A DNA stretch of 64,000 nucleotides. It comes from Opitutales bacterium. GTDB lineage: Bacteria; Verrucomicrobiota; Verrucomicrobiia; Opitutales; PNEW01. Position numbers and translations under genes: made by a program. How positions within the stretch are numbered: the stretch's first letter is position 1; each line of letters begins with the position of its first letter. The notes below the pieces were generated by a model that was given only the letters and a program-made list of their open reading frames with translations, did no database searches and was not told the DNA's origin. This document shows positions 10,957 to 21,049 of the stretch, in pieces. The DNA lies in the NCBI GenBank assembly GCA_965197745.1, contig CBDANS010000006.1, positions 1,120,001-1,184,000 on the forward strand, read 5' to 3'.

Positions 10957-12108
10957 GTGAACCCCGCTATGGGGAATATAGCTACGTACACAGAGGCCAT
11001 GGCCGCTTACATTCGTGAGGGTGAGCGCGAGGCCTACGCGCTTGGCAACCGCGGTCCCATCAGATTTAACGCCGATGGCACCTTGCGCAAAAATATCACT
11101 GACGCCTACTGGCGTTACGGTTTCTACGTTTTCGAAGGAGTCTTGAGCGCTGAAGAACTCAATGAATTGCGGTCAGATATAGAGCGTGTTTTTGACCGCG
11201 CCCCCTACACCAAAGATGTGTCGGTTGATGCCAAAGGCCGGCCCGCTCTTGGAACTGAGTTTGCCAAGCAGCCCATCAATTTTGCCAAGCCGTTGAGTGA
11301 CCCAGCGGGAGGCACCTCGAGAGGTCATGGCCGCTATCCGGCTAAGATGAGCGAGCCTATACCACCTGACGATGCACCCGACTATGTCATTTCCTCAATC
11401 TCCGGGAACCTGCAGCTTATGGACTCTTTCTTAAGGCTCTACGGCCACCCGCAACTGCTCTCGATTACGGAGCTGATCAATGGCCCTGACTTCACCCCCT
11501 TTGCTGAGTCCATTATCGTCAAACCGGCGGGCCTCGGGGCCACTGTGGCCTGGCATCAGGATGGGACCCAACAGTGGAACTGCCCGGACTGGGACGAGGG
11601 GACTCATGGATTCAATTTCATGGCCCAGTTATTCGGCAGTACCGCGGCTAACGGAGTATGGGTGTTGCCCGGTTCACACAAACAGGGTAAAATCGACATC
11701 GTCGCGATGATCGAGGCCAACAACGGCTCTGATCGTCTGCCCGGCGCGGTTCCGATGGTCTGCGAGCCGGGTGACATAGTCATGTCCAACCGTCAGGCCT
11801 TACATGGGTCTTTCGCCAACACCTCGCCGGACAAGCGGGTGACAATCAACTTCGGGTTTCACCGTCGCAAATCCGTGCTCGGGGTGCGAATGATGTTAAA
11901 TGACTCGCCGGTGATCTACGACGAAGAGCGCATATACGAAAGGTCCCGGTTGATTGCCCTGGCCATAGACGCCAGGCAACAGAGCTTCCCTCACGAACCG
12001 CGATACGTTTACCAGCCCCTGGCAGGGGAGGAGGTGGCCAGCCGGTGGAACGAAACAACGAGGGAAAGTATTCTCAAAGATTACAATACCAGGGACCTCA
12101 GCATTTGA
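10957..12108 (+). CDS. PhyH family dioxygenase (long form)
   Basis: VKPAGLGA..AWHQD, NGVWVLPGSH, HGSFAN...R. Confidence 0.9.
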   Translation: MNPAMGNIATYTEAMAAYIREGEREAYALGNRGPIRFNADGTLRKNITDAYWRYGFYVFEGVLSAEELNELRSDIERVFDRAPYTKDVSVDAKGRPALGTEFAKQPINFAKPLSDPAGGTSRGHGRYPAKMSEPIPPDDAPDYVISSISGNLQLMDSFLRLYGHPQLLSITELINGPDFTPFAESIIVKPAGLGATVAWHQDGTQQWNCPDWDEGTHGFNFMAQLFGSTAANGVWVLPGSHKQGKIDIVAMIEANNGSDRLPGAVPMVCEPGDIVMSNRQALHGSFANTSPDKRVTINFGFHRRKSVLGVRMMLNDSPVIYDEERIYERSRLIALAIDARQQSFPHEPRYVYQPLAGEEVASRWNETTRESILKDYNTRDLSI

Positions 12109-12179
12109 GACAGTGTCGTAATCAGTGCAGACGGGTCTTAACAAAGTGAAACCGGTTCACCCTCTGCGCCGGGAAATGC

Positions 12180-12971
12180 TCAGCTACCTGTATAAAGCAG
12201 TGGCAGGTGCTCGTCATCATCGAGCAAATCGCCAAATTGTAAACGCGCAGCGTACTCCGGGGGCAGGGCGCAGGCGTGGCCGTTGTATGTCGACCCTGTA
12301 GGCATAAAGAGCATGGCAAAGGCCCGCCGTGGCCTCGGGGTCATGTTGGGACCTGCGGCGTGTGCAATCATACCGCTGATAAATATCCCGTCGCCGGCTT
12401 TCACCTCGGCATACTTCGGATCGGTTTCCTTCCAACCGGGGTAGAGGTTAAATAGATCGCTCATGTTCTCATTGAGACCCACCGATTCCTCAAACTTACT
12501 CAACTTGTGGGTACCCGGTAGAAAGCAGAGACAGCCATTCTGCAGAGTAGAATCGTCGAGCGCAATCCAGAGTGAAATCGACTGACGCGTGTAGTAGGGG
12601 TCGTAGGGATTATCCGAATGCCAGTGGGTTGGATTGGCCCAGGGTTGTTTTATCAGGGCGTGATCATGGTAGAGGCGCATGCCATCGGTACCAGCAAGCT
12701 CAGCGGCCATCTTGCCAAGGCGTTGATCGAGGACCAGATCTTTGATCGTCTCAGAGCTTTTCCACATGTTCACGCATTGGACAAAGACGTTCTTGTAGTA
12801 GTTTTCTTCCTTCTGATTGTTGTGCATCTCCTTACTTATGTGTAGGGAGATACCCTCTTCCACGGCTACGCGCCATCGCTCCAATTCATCATGGGAGAGC
12901 AAATCTTTTACGACCACATAGCCAACATCATGATAGGTCTCAAGGTGTGCTTTGGAGATTGTGTCGTTCAT
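12180..12971 (-). CDS. PhyH family dioxygenase
   Basis: IKQPWANPTHWHSD, WIALD...NGCL.FLPGTH, HAAGPN...RRA. Confidence 0.9.
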   Translation of the reverse strand: MNDTISKAHLETYHDVGYVVVKDLLSHDELERWRVAVEEGISLHISKEMHNNQKEENYYKNVFVQCVNMWKSSETIKDLVLDQRLGKMAAELAGTDGMRLYHDHALIKQPWANPTHWHSDNPYDPYYTRQSISLWIALDDSTLQNGCLCFLPGTHKLSKFEESVGLNENMSDLFNLYPGWKETDPKYAEVKAGDGIFISGMIAHAAGPNMTPRPRRAFAMLFMPTGSTYNGHACALPPEYAARLQFGDLLDDDEHLPLLYTGS

Positions 12972-13192
12972 AGCTTATAGCTTGTCATCATGGGTCTACC
13001 CCATAAGAGGATCATTTTCAAGAAATGGTTACCGGGAAAACAGATAACCTTAATAATAGAAATAAGTCCTTGTTACATTGATATATCATAAATGAACTCC
13101 ATCATATATTTTTGTTAGTATTAATTGTGTTGACCCCTATAACTCGGCTTCGATTGATTGATAATGGTAGCAGTGGTTAAGAGAAGAACACT

Positions 13193-14020
13193 ATGAATAA
13201 AACGGAAGCTTACGAATTTGACCGGACGGGTTACCTTGTCATTCCCGGTTTATTGTCACCCGATGCGGTATCTCAATTGACAGAGGCGGTTGATCGACTG
13301 GTAGAACACGCCCTGGAACACAAAGATAAGCCACCACGTTTGACGGCTCCATGGGGCTCGGAATACCATGTTAATAAGTCTTGTGGTTATCATGTCCATG
13401 CTTCTGAAAAGTCAGGCGGGCTCACTTTGTTGATCGAAGACTTTTTTAACTTTGACCCTGCATTCGATCTATTGGTTAACGAGCCGAAGACGATGACCTA
13501 TATCAACGCGATTGTGCAAGAAAGGCCTTCCATCAATAATTCTGAGTTACGCGTTCGCTATACGGGTAATTACTCGGGAACTCATATGGGTGGACCCTTA
13601 CCGAATAAATATCGTTATACCTACAATGAGAGTGGCATCGATTGCATGATGGTGCGCATGGTTTACTTTGTCCACGATGTCACAGCGGAAGAAGGCGCAT
13701 TCTGCGTGGTCCCGGGAACACATAAATCCCACCTGTCATCACCGTACGAAAACAGGCCCCCCGAAGAAGAACCGGGAATGATCACCCTTCCCGTTAAGGC
13801 GGGCGATGGGATTCTCTTCACCGAAAATTTACGCCATGCAGGTTTCATTAATCACAGTGAACAAACACGTAAGACCCTGCACGTCGGTTACGGACCCTTT
13901 TGGCTGAAATCACAAAATATCGCTACTATGGAGCAAGATCCTTACATTTTGCCGCTGACAAAAGACCGTTACGATGAGGCTCAACGGGAATTATTTTATA
14001 CAAGACCAATTAAAAATTAG
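13193..14020 (+). CDS. PhyH-fold Fe(II)/2OG enzyme with HxG in place of HxD (candidate halogenase)
   Basis: GYLVIPGLL, H131-M-G133 at the HxD position, GAFCVVPGTH, distal H in LRHAG, TRK. Confidence 0.8.
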   Translation: MNKTEAYEFDRTGYLVIPGLLSPDAVSQLTEAVDRLVEHALEHKDKPPRLTAPWGSEYHVNKSCGYHVHASEKSGGLTLLIEDFFNFDPAFDLLVNEPKTMTYINAIVQERPSINNSELRVRYTGNYSGTHMGGPLPNKYRYTYNESGIDCMMVRMVYFVHDVTAEEGAFCVVPGTHKSHLSSPYENRPPEEEPGMITLPVKAGDGILFTENLRHAGFINHSEQTRKTLHVGYGPFWLKSQNIATMEQDPYILPLTKDRYDEAQRELFYTRPIKN

Positions 14021-14092
14021 ATTTAAGACATGATGTTATCGTCCCGTCTTCTGCTTGGGCTTAGCCCGCTATTGCTGTAAGACGGGGTGGGA

Positions 14093-15877
14093 TTATACTC
14101 GCATCCGATAGAATTTCTCCAGGCCTTCTCGTGAAAGATAGTGGGGGGCGCTGACGAGGAACAAACCCTTATCGCGGTGTCGGTTAACAATTCTCATAAT
14201 CGACTCGATCCCACGCCTGATCACCTTGCGGTTCCCGTCCCGCTGATACTGCTGCAATTCCAGGTGCTTGTCCAGCACCTGTGTAGCTACTCCCAGTCGC
14301 TTCAACATCTCGAGACAGGTTCGGTTGCCCCGGCATGCCCGCTGCGATTGTCGCAGCAATGCAGCGCAAGATTGGAGCTGCCTTCGACCCTGTTCAACCT
14401 CTGGTGGATCCGGAGCGACATCGAAAAGCCGGGTGCCGCGGGTGGTTATCTTCGATAGGGTCCAGAACCAGTTGCTCATGGCGTCGGCAGCCGCTCCAAA
14501 GCGCATCTCGCAGTAGTCCTGTACAAGAGCGTTGATGTCCTGAGCTGTGTCGGCTGCCAGTTGCGCGTGCAGGTAGTGCTGCAGTTCATAAGTCAGCCAG
14601 TCACCCGGTTCACTGTACATGCCGATGCCCGCCACACCCCGGTCACGCAGGTAGGACATCTCGGACCACATCAGGCCGGGGAATACAACCGGCTTCGACA
14701 TCCAAAAATACTTGCGGTAGTAGGAGTAGAGTGAAACCGGTCCGTCATGATTCTGGATCCACTGGCTTAACTCTTTGAGATGAGAAGCATTGTGCTTAGT
14801 GGTCGGGTCGAAAATCGGTTCCCGGTATGATTGGTAGAACGGAGCGACATCGACCAAAACATCGGATGGTATCCGCATGTTCTCCGGGTAGTTGGCATGG
14901 TTGTGATAAGCCGTGGTCGAGAGTATGATATTCAGTTTCTGGCGTCTCAACGCTCGCCATACAGCCAGAGTCACCAGGGCCTGGCGCTCTGACGGTGAAC
15001 CCTGGAGACGCGAAGCAGCGTCCTCGCTCCATAGAGTGCCATCCGGCGGCAACAGGGAGAATATTTCAACTTCCGGATGTTCCCGCAGCCAGGCCATGAC
15101 GCGAGTCACGAATATACGCATCGCTGCCGGGTTGGCGGTGTTGAACACCGCGTGCGGATCCCTGCTACGTTTACCATCCAGTAATGCAAACCAGTCCGGG
15201 TGTTTGTCATAGAACATCTCGTGATGCAGGAAATTCTCGTAGCCGTGTCCGCCGACTTCAATGACCAGACCTCTTTTTTGAGCTTCGGGGGTGAGCTTCT
15301 CACGCACGTCTTCCCAGCAAAACCGGTTCTCATGCTGGTAGTTCAGCGGCGCGCTGAGAACATTTAGACGGTTCTTCGCCATCCACTCGATCAGGGCGAC
15401 GGTATTTGAAAGGGTATGTGTCTGAGCCTCTTCAATCAGTTTCTTGCGGTAGATAAAAGTTGGTGTCCAACTCCGCTTACCTACTGCTGGTTCGAACTGC
15501 TTGAGCCTTGGGACATGCTCGTGACCGATACCGCGGTAGAACTTGTAACGGGGAGCGAACCAGCGGCAGCCCAGCTCCTCGAGGAATCCGTAGACCGCGT
15601 AAACCGCGGCCCGTGGCGTCCGTCCCCGCAAGCGCACCCGATCTTCTCCTACAATGATCTCGAACGCGTCGTCTTCTCGCGCGATTGGAACCTGTCGCCG
15701 CGGCCGACGTCGGACCTCGACCGAAATCTCCCTCGCCGCGGAATCTGTGGTTCGCTGGACGCGCACTTCGTGGCGATAAATTTGTTTAAGATATTTAGCG
15801 AGTTCCCCCGCTGCAAACTGTTCGGGAGTTGATGCCTTCGGTGCCAGGCGAATTCTTGTGGGGAACTTCATGATCAA
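14093..15877 (-). CDS. DUF4838-like putative glycoside hydrolase-associated protein
   Basis: AAGELAKYL, AVYGFLEELGCRWFAP, HPDWFALLDGKR, FGAAA..M. Confidence 0.75.
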   Translation of the reverse strand: MIMKFPTRIRLAPKASTPEQFAAGELAKYLKQIYRHEVRVQRTTDSAAREISVEVRRRPRRQVPIAREDDAFEIIVGEDRVRLRGRTPRAAVYAVYGFLEELGCRWFAPRYKFYRGIGHEHVPRLKQFEPAVGKRSWTPTFIYRKKLIEEAQTHTLSNTVALIEWMAKNRLNVLSAPLNYQHENRFCWEDVREKLTPEAQKRGLVIEVGGHGYENFLHHEMFYDKHPDWFALLDGKRSRDPHAVFNTANPAAMRIFVTRVMAWLREHPEVEIFSLLPPDGTLWSEDAASRLQGSPSERQALVTLAVWRALRRQKLNIILSTTAYHNHANYPENMRIPSDVLVDVAPFYQSYREPIFDPTTKHNASHLKELSQWIQNHDGPVSLYSYYRKYFWMSKPVVFPGLMWSEMSYLRDRGVAGIGMYSEPGDWLTYELQHYLHAQLAADTAQDINALVQDYCEMRFGAAADAMSNWFWTLSKITTRGTRLFDVAPDPPEVEQGRRQLQSCAALLRQSQRACRGNRTCLEMLKRLGVATQVLDKHLELQQYQRDGNRKVIRRGIESIMRIVNRHRDKGLFLVSAPHYLSREGLEKFYRMRV

Positions 15878-15952
15878 TTTTCAGTGAACAGTGATCAGAG
15901 GGTATTCACCAGCATACCCCAGTGATGAATTTAAAAAATTTGAATCTCCTCT

Positions 15953-16169
15953 TGTCATTGCGAGGGAAGCTGCAAGCTGACCGTGGCAATCCAGGCGAGT
16001 AGTCATTGCGCATACGAATACCATTATCCGTTTAGATCTTTCCCATAAGAAATCGTCTCTTCAATTTAATTAATCGTTTAATTGAAAGTAAACCTTAACA
16101 CCCAGTGAGCGACATCACACAACAGATTTCCCCCTGGATTGCCGCGTCGCTACGCTCCTCGCAATGACA
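15953..16169. repeat. palindromic MITE/REP-like element (GTCATTGCGAGG...GGCAATCCAG type)
   Basis: The left arm TGTCATTGCGAGG...GTGGCAATCCAGG (15953-15995) pairs with CCTGGATTGCCGCGTCGCTACGCTCCTCGCAATGACA (16133-16169). Confidence 0.8.
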
Positions 16170-16298
16170 TAGTGGGGTGGAGCGAGCGGTCCCCGCATGC
16201 TTCTTCAAACACGAAAATTCCAGATTGCTAACATTCTACTAAAACATCGGAACAAACCTGATCTCGGGGTATCGGGGTTTCTCCGTTCGATAGAATTT

Positions 16299-17402
16299 TT
16301 AAACGACCGCCACCGCTTTGTTCAACGCGGGCATCAGCTCGTTGGCAAACAGGTCGAGGTTGCGAAGCCAACTGGCCTTGTCGTCCCAGTCGAAGACCAT
16401 CAGTATGAGAGTGCCGAAGGGTCCGCTCTCCTCGATGAGCATTAGCAGCCGCCTGAGCACTTCATCCACGTCGCCGGCGATAATCTGCTCGGTCAACCAA
16501 AAGTCCAAGTTGCAGTCGGCATCCGACATCTCGAGGTCGCGTTTCAGGAAATTCCGCCCGGGCCCCATGTCCATAAGGCTGGCGAGGTACTGAAAGTTCT
16601 GCCCGACTGAATTGGTCCGGACGCGCTCGACCGCCTCCTCTGTCGTGTCGGCCAGGAAAATCTGTCGGGCTACTCTCCAGTTTGAGCGATCGGGATTGTG
16701 CCCTGCTTTGATGGCGGCGATTTCGTAGGTCGCCCAGTTGTCTGCGAGGACATTACCGGCAGCGAGAGCAGCGGAAAAGGGGGCGAAGCCGCGCTCCCCG
16801 GCTAACTGCAGGGTGTAGGACTTGCGATTTACTCCCGGCATGGCGATGGGCGGATGGGGCTGTTGTAGAGGTTTGTGTATGAAGCCGATCTGGGTTTCCT
16901 CGTCGACGTGTTCTTTGATTGAGAACTGCCAGAACTCGCCGTTGTGTTCGTAGGGCGGTTCTGATGACCACAGTTTAAGGATGACATCGAGCGCCTCTAC
17001 GGTCATCGCACCGCCCTGTTTCGGGTCCTGGCCGTAGAGTTCGTAATCTGTGATCACACCGCTGGGCCCGAAGCAGAGATTGAGCCGTCCTTTGGAAAGG
17101 TGGTCGAGAAAGGCGAGACGGGATGCCACGTAGGCCGGGTGATGTTGGTTGAGGCAGATCGGCGACGGACCGAGGCGTATGCGCTCGGTCTCACCCAGCA
17201 CACGACCGATAAAGACCTCGGGCACGACTATCGATTCGTACTTCATGGTGTGGTGTTCTCCGATCCAGAATTCTTCGAAGCCGAGCGCCTCAGCCCGGAC
17301 GACTAGCTCGATGTCCTCGTCGTAACACTGGGCCAGCGGTTTATCCGGTGGATGGAAAGGCATGATGAACATGCCGGATTTTATCGGTTGTCCGTTGGTC
17401 AT
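16299..17402 (-). CDS. LLM-class flavin-dependent oxidoreductase
   Basis: FIMPFHPP, GFEEFWIGEHH, LDHLSKGRL.LCFGP, QQPHPP. Confidence 0.9.
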   Translation of the reverse strand: MTNGQPIKSGMFIMPFHPPDKPLAQCYDEDIELVVRAEALGFEEFWIGEHHTMKYESIVVPEVFIGRVLGETERIRLGPSPICLNQHHPAYVASRLAFLDHLSKGRLNLCFGPSGVITDYELYGQDPKQGGAMTVEALDVILKLWSSEPPYEHNGEFWQFSIKEHVDEETQIGFIHKPLQQPHPPIAMPGVNRKSYTLQLAGERGFAPFSAALAAGNVLADNWATYEIAAIKAGHNPDRSNWRVARQIFLADTTEEAVERVRTNSVGQNFQYLASLMDMGPGRNFLKRDLEMSDADCNLDFWLTEQIIAGDVDEVLRRLLMLIEESGPFGTLILMVFDWDDKASWLRNLDLFANELMPALNKAVAVV

Positions 17403-17776
17403 TATGAAGTTCCCCTCCTAAATAATAAATGGCAAATTGGCGATGAACATACAGCTTAATAGAGTCTTGGCAAGAATTAGCCTCATGTGCTTGTAGTGAT
17501 GGTGTTAAACCGATTAGTTTCCTGATAAGAAAAAGGCGTAGATACCCGTTATAAAACAAAAATGAGGGGTAATAAAGTGGCTGTAAGCACGAGCTGTGCT
17601 GACGGAGTTAGTTCGAAGCCGCAGGGAAGAGAAATAAACGATAGAACATGAAGCATCGGGTAATCAGGAAATGAAGGATGAAACCAAATGAGAGGTTAAT
17701 TGGGTATTGATGTTTTATCCGTATATTATATGCCCTAGCATGGCATCGATAAAAATCAGAGTTAAGGAGTAACGCT

Positions 17777-18664
17777 ATGGCCATGGTGAATATAAACCAG
17801 ATTGAACCTCTCGTGGATAGGACAGATCTACTCGATCAACCTGAGGAATTGAGAAGGAGGGGTGAGGAGGACGGCCACCTGTATTTCGCCGGGTTACTGT
17901 CCCCGAGCAAGGTCAGTAATGTAAGATCGCAGATCCTTGCCGTCTGTGACAAGCACGGGTGGGTTAAGGAAGGATCAGATCACACCGAAGGCATGGCCAA
18001 TGCAGATATTCTTGTTGTAGAAGGTACAGATCAGAGGTGGATAGATTTCTACAATGATGTGCTGAAGGTTCGTGATTTTCATGACCTGGCCCTGGACAAA
18101 AACCTGATCCGTGTGTTTGAGGTCCTCTTTGGTGAGTCGGTTCTGCCTCACAGCCGGAATATCTGCCGTCTCGTTTTTCCCAACTCTGCGCTATACTCGA
18201 CCCCGCCTCACCAGGACAATTTTTATATCGGTGGGTCGACAGAAACGTGGACCGCGTGGGTTCCGTGCGGCGATTGCCCGGCAACCCTGGGAAGTCTGGC
18301 TGTTGCAAAAGCATCGCATCGGCAGGGTTTGCTGGAGGCTAGAAAAGCAACTGGTCCCGGGGAGCATCAGGTGCATGTGGAAGAGGAGCAAGTCTGGGTA
18401 GGAGGTGACTATGCCTGTGGGGATGTGATTATCCTGCACAGCATGACGATTCACCAGGGACGGGATAACATGAGTCAGGACCGGTTGCGGGTGTCGTGCG
18501 ACTATCGCTATCAACCGATGAGTCATCCAGTCAGAGAAGATTCCCTGACCCCCCATATGAATTGGCTGACTTGGGAGGACGTATATAAAGATTGGGACCC
18601 CGCTGATCCGGTGAAATACTATTGGCAGGAATGGGATCTGGAGATTGTGAAATTGCAACGCTAG
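17777..18664 (+). CDS. PhyH family dioxygenase
   Basis: TPPHQD, TAWVP.GD, HSMTIHQG...RVSCDYRYQP; AAGGAG RBS. Confidence 0.9.
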   Translation: MAMVNINQIEPLVDRTDLLDQPEELRRRGEEDGHLYFAGLLSPSKVSNVRSQILAVCDKHGWVKEGSDHTEGMANADILVVEGTDQRWIDFYNDVLKVRDFHDLALDKNLIRVFEVLFGESVLPHSRNICRLVFPNSALYSTPPHQDNFYIGGSTETWTAWVPCGDCPATLGSLAVAKASHRQGLLEARKATGPGEHQVHVEEEQVWVGGDYACGDVIILHSMTIHQGRDNMSQDRLRVSCDYRYQPMSHPVREDSLTPHMNWLTWEDVYKDWDPADPVKYYWQEWDLEIVKLQR

Positions 18665-18965
18665 GCAATGGTGAACTCAGTCGCTCCGCTGTAACTGCGA
18701 TGGCAGAAGAAGATTGTTTGAGGTTAATCGCCATGAATGATGCCAGGGTGTGTCTTCACTTTTTTCCGCCGTCTCCCTGAAATCTATAAATACACAGCCT
18801 GATCCTTTTTTGTTTTCTCGGATGTTATGTTTTCTACAACCCCATTCATTGGTAAGTTCAGCATGGGGGTTCACAAATACGCTTGAGCCAGTCGTTTCAA
18901 AGCATAGGGTAGGGTGTTGTTAAATGGGTAAACGCGGCCAAAGAAAACAGAAAAGCGAGGGGTAA

Positions 18966-19835
18966 ATGTCAGAAAGCAAAGTCTCAAGGTCAGAACCGTC
19001 TGCGCAACTTGAGCAGCTCCAACGCGAGGGATACTGCGTTCTTGAAAACATAGCCGATACCGCTCTTCTCGAGCGCACGCGTGCCTGTGTAGAGAAGGCA
19101 GTAGCCACGCAAGACCCCGAACGGCTCGCCCGCACACGCTCTCCGGGCACGCTCATAAATTCCAACGCTCATCCCGAGCTGGCGGGTATTGTCGGTAACC
19201 CGACAGCGCTGAAGGCACTCGACGAGATGGGGCTTCCTGGAAGTAAATTCTGGAAAGCGGTGATTATCAGCAAACCACCGGGCGGCCCTCGCCTTTACTG
19301 GCACCAGGATTGTATGATGTGGCAGGACCCGCGCGCCTACAGTGAGATCCCGCCAATGATCTTTTTAATGTACTACATGGAGAACACCACCCGAGAGAAC
19401 GGGTGCCTGCGGTTGCTGCCGGGCACACACCGGAGACGGCATCTTCTTCACGACATGGGCGAAGCCCATACCTATGATATCAACAGTATTGAGAACCCTG
19501 ATGACCCGCGCTTTCTCGATTATCCCAACGAGCAGGATGTGCCGATGCGCGCCGGCGATCTGGTTATCGGTGACGCGCGCATGTTCCACGCCACCCACGC
19601 CAATCGGTCCGACCAGCGCCGCACCGTGATCACTATCTGGTTTCACCCGCTGATGGACGACCTGCTGCCGGGCACCCAGAGCTGGATTCATGAGGAATTT
19701 CACAACAGACATGACGACTGGCCGGAAGCCGCGCTGGCGGAAATTGAACCGGTCATTCCCCGTTACTCCGGCAATTCAGCACCGATGAAATATAACCGTG
19801 TCCCGGATGAGCGGCTGTCGACGAATGGGCCCTAG
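18966..19835 (+). CDS. PhyH family dioxygenase
   Basis: SKPPGGPRLYWHQD, ENGCLRLLPGTH, FHATHAN...RR. Confidence 0.9.
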   Translation: MSESKVSRSEPSAQLEQLQREGYCVLENIADTALLERTRACVEKAVATQDPERLARTRSPGTLINSNAHPELAGIVGNPTALKALDEMGLPGSKFWKAVIISKPPGGPRLYWHQDCMMWQDPRAYSEIPPMIFLMYYMENTTRENGCLRLLPGTHRRRHLLHDMGEAHTYDINSIENPDDPRFLDYPNEQDVPMRAGDLVIGDARMFHATHANRSDQRRTVITIWFHPLMDDLLPGTQSWIHEEFHNRHDDWPEAALAEIEPVIPRYSGNSAPMKYNRVPDERLSTNGP

Positions 19836-20391
19836 CTCAATCTGATTTCAGCTTTTAATCCTGACTCGGACCCTCGGCGCTGTCGCCCCCAGCGACGGTA
19901 AGCTCAGCTAATCTGATTTTCATATTCTGGGCCTTTAATTTTGATATCCTCCTTCCTTAATTATCCCTGTCTGCCTTCAGTAAATCAGCGATGAGACTGC
20001 TACGTGTCTGGGGTTCATGCCGTGATGAAGGTATTACACATTATGTATAGAGGTGATCATTCTATGACTGTTATCATTTTTCAAAAACATAAAATTAGAA
20101 CGGGTTAGTATGCTCTATATATATCACATCCAATAACTTACTTAAATTTTATGAGATTGGCATATTCTTTGCGTATCACAATCGATTAAAAGTTAATCAA
20201 GGTAATGTTTTAAAAAACAAAAGGAGAATAGCCATGCATATTAGATACCCAACAATTAAGTTTGCCGACGCGAAAATGAACGATTGGGAGTAAAGGAATC
20301 TATCTCAGATAACAGGCAGTCCCAGGCAGTTATTTTGAGAGACCAATCATCAGCGCCAGGGGGATCCTTTTCCAGGTCGCGTGAATATACA

Positions 20392-20841
20392 ATGAGACTT
20401 GCTTCCACGTTCTTACTGGTCCCCTTGCTGATTTTATTTCAGATCATGTCAGCAGGATGTGCAACTGTAGTTCGTGGCACGAACACCATTATGGTTGTTG
20501 AATCTGACCCCCCGGGGGCATTAGTTGAGATGGTTTCCGATAAAGACGGAGTTAATTAGGAAAGCACAACTCCAGCTACTTTTAAGGTACCACGCAACCA
20601 CACCTACACGGTAACAATTGTGAAGGAAGGTTATGAACCGCTAGAAGTAGACGTCATTCATAAAATGTCAGATGGAGGGGCGGCTGGTTTTGCGGGCAAT
20701 ATCCTTTTAGGAGGCCCTGTTGGTGCCGTCGTGGATGCTGGATCAGGAGCCACCCAGGATCTGTTCCCTAATCCCATTAAGGTGGTCCTGGTGCCTGTCG
20801 GAGCAACGATTTCAGGATCACCTGCAGAGCGATCTGAATAG
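20392..20841 (+). pseudogene. PEGA-domain lipoprotein with one in-frame TAG
   Basis: Lipobox SAGC, then ATVVRGT, VESDPPGA, TTPATF and KEGY. The TAG at 20557-20559 is in frame with the downstream half (GNILLGGPVG..VD..SGA..DL.PNP). Confidence 0.75.
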
Positions 20842-20859
20842 ACTTATAATCACAGGTGA

Positions 20860-20924
20860 AAAGGGGTCGGGCCTGGCATGGATGATGCTGTCCCGCGACT
20901 GCGGGACTCAGGCCTGACTCCTTT
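20860..20924. repeat. REP-like inverted repeat (GGGGTC family)
   Basis: AAAGGGGTCGGGCCTG ... CAGGCCTGACTCCTTT, with an internal GTCCCGC/GCGGGAC hairpin. Confidence 0.6.
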
Positions 20925-21049
20925 CTTTCTCGGCGGCGCTTGCGAGTCAGGGTAAAGCAATTGAAATAAATAGCTTTTTCTTTTGAGATTATTCTTCATA
21001 ACCTGACCGTATTTAAAGTAGCCTTAATGTTTGATTAGTTATTTAAAAA

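Noticed and set aside
20234..20293. 19-aa ORF (MHIRYPTIKFADAKMNDWE) with an AGGAG RBS as a leader or RiPP peptide
   Set aside because: There is no attenuator structure or maturase neighbour, so it cannot be distinguished from a gene remnant.
20557..20559. Pyrrolysine or amber readthrough in the PEGA lipoprotein
   Set aside because: It is a single TAG in a variable loop, there are no pyl genes in view, and TAA and TGA nonsense lesions are equally common in the window.
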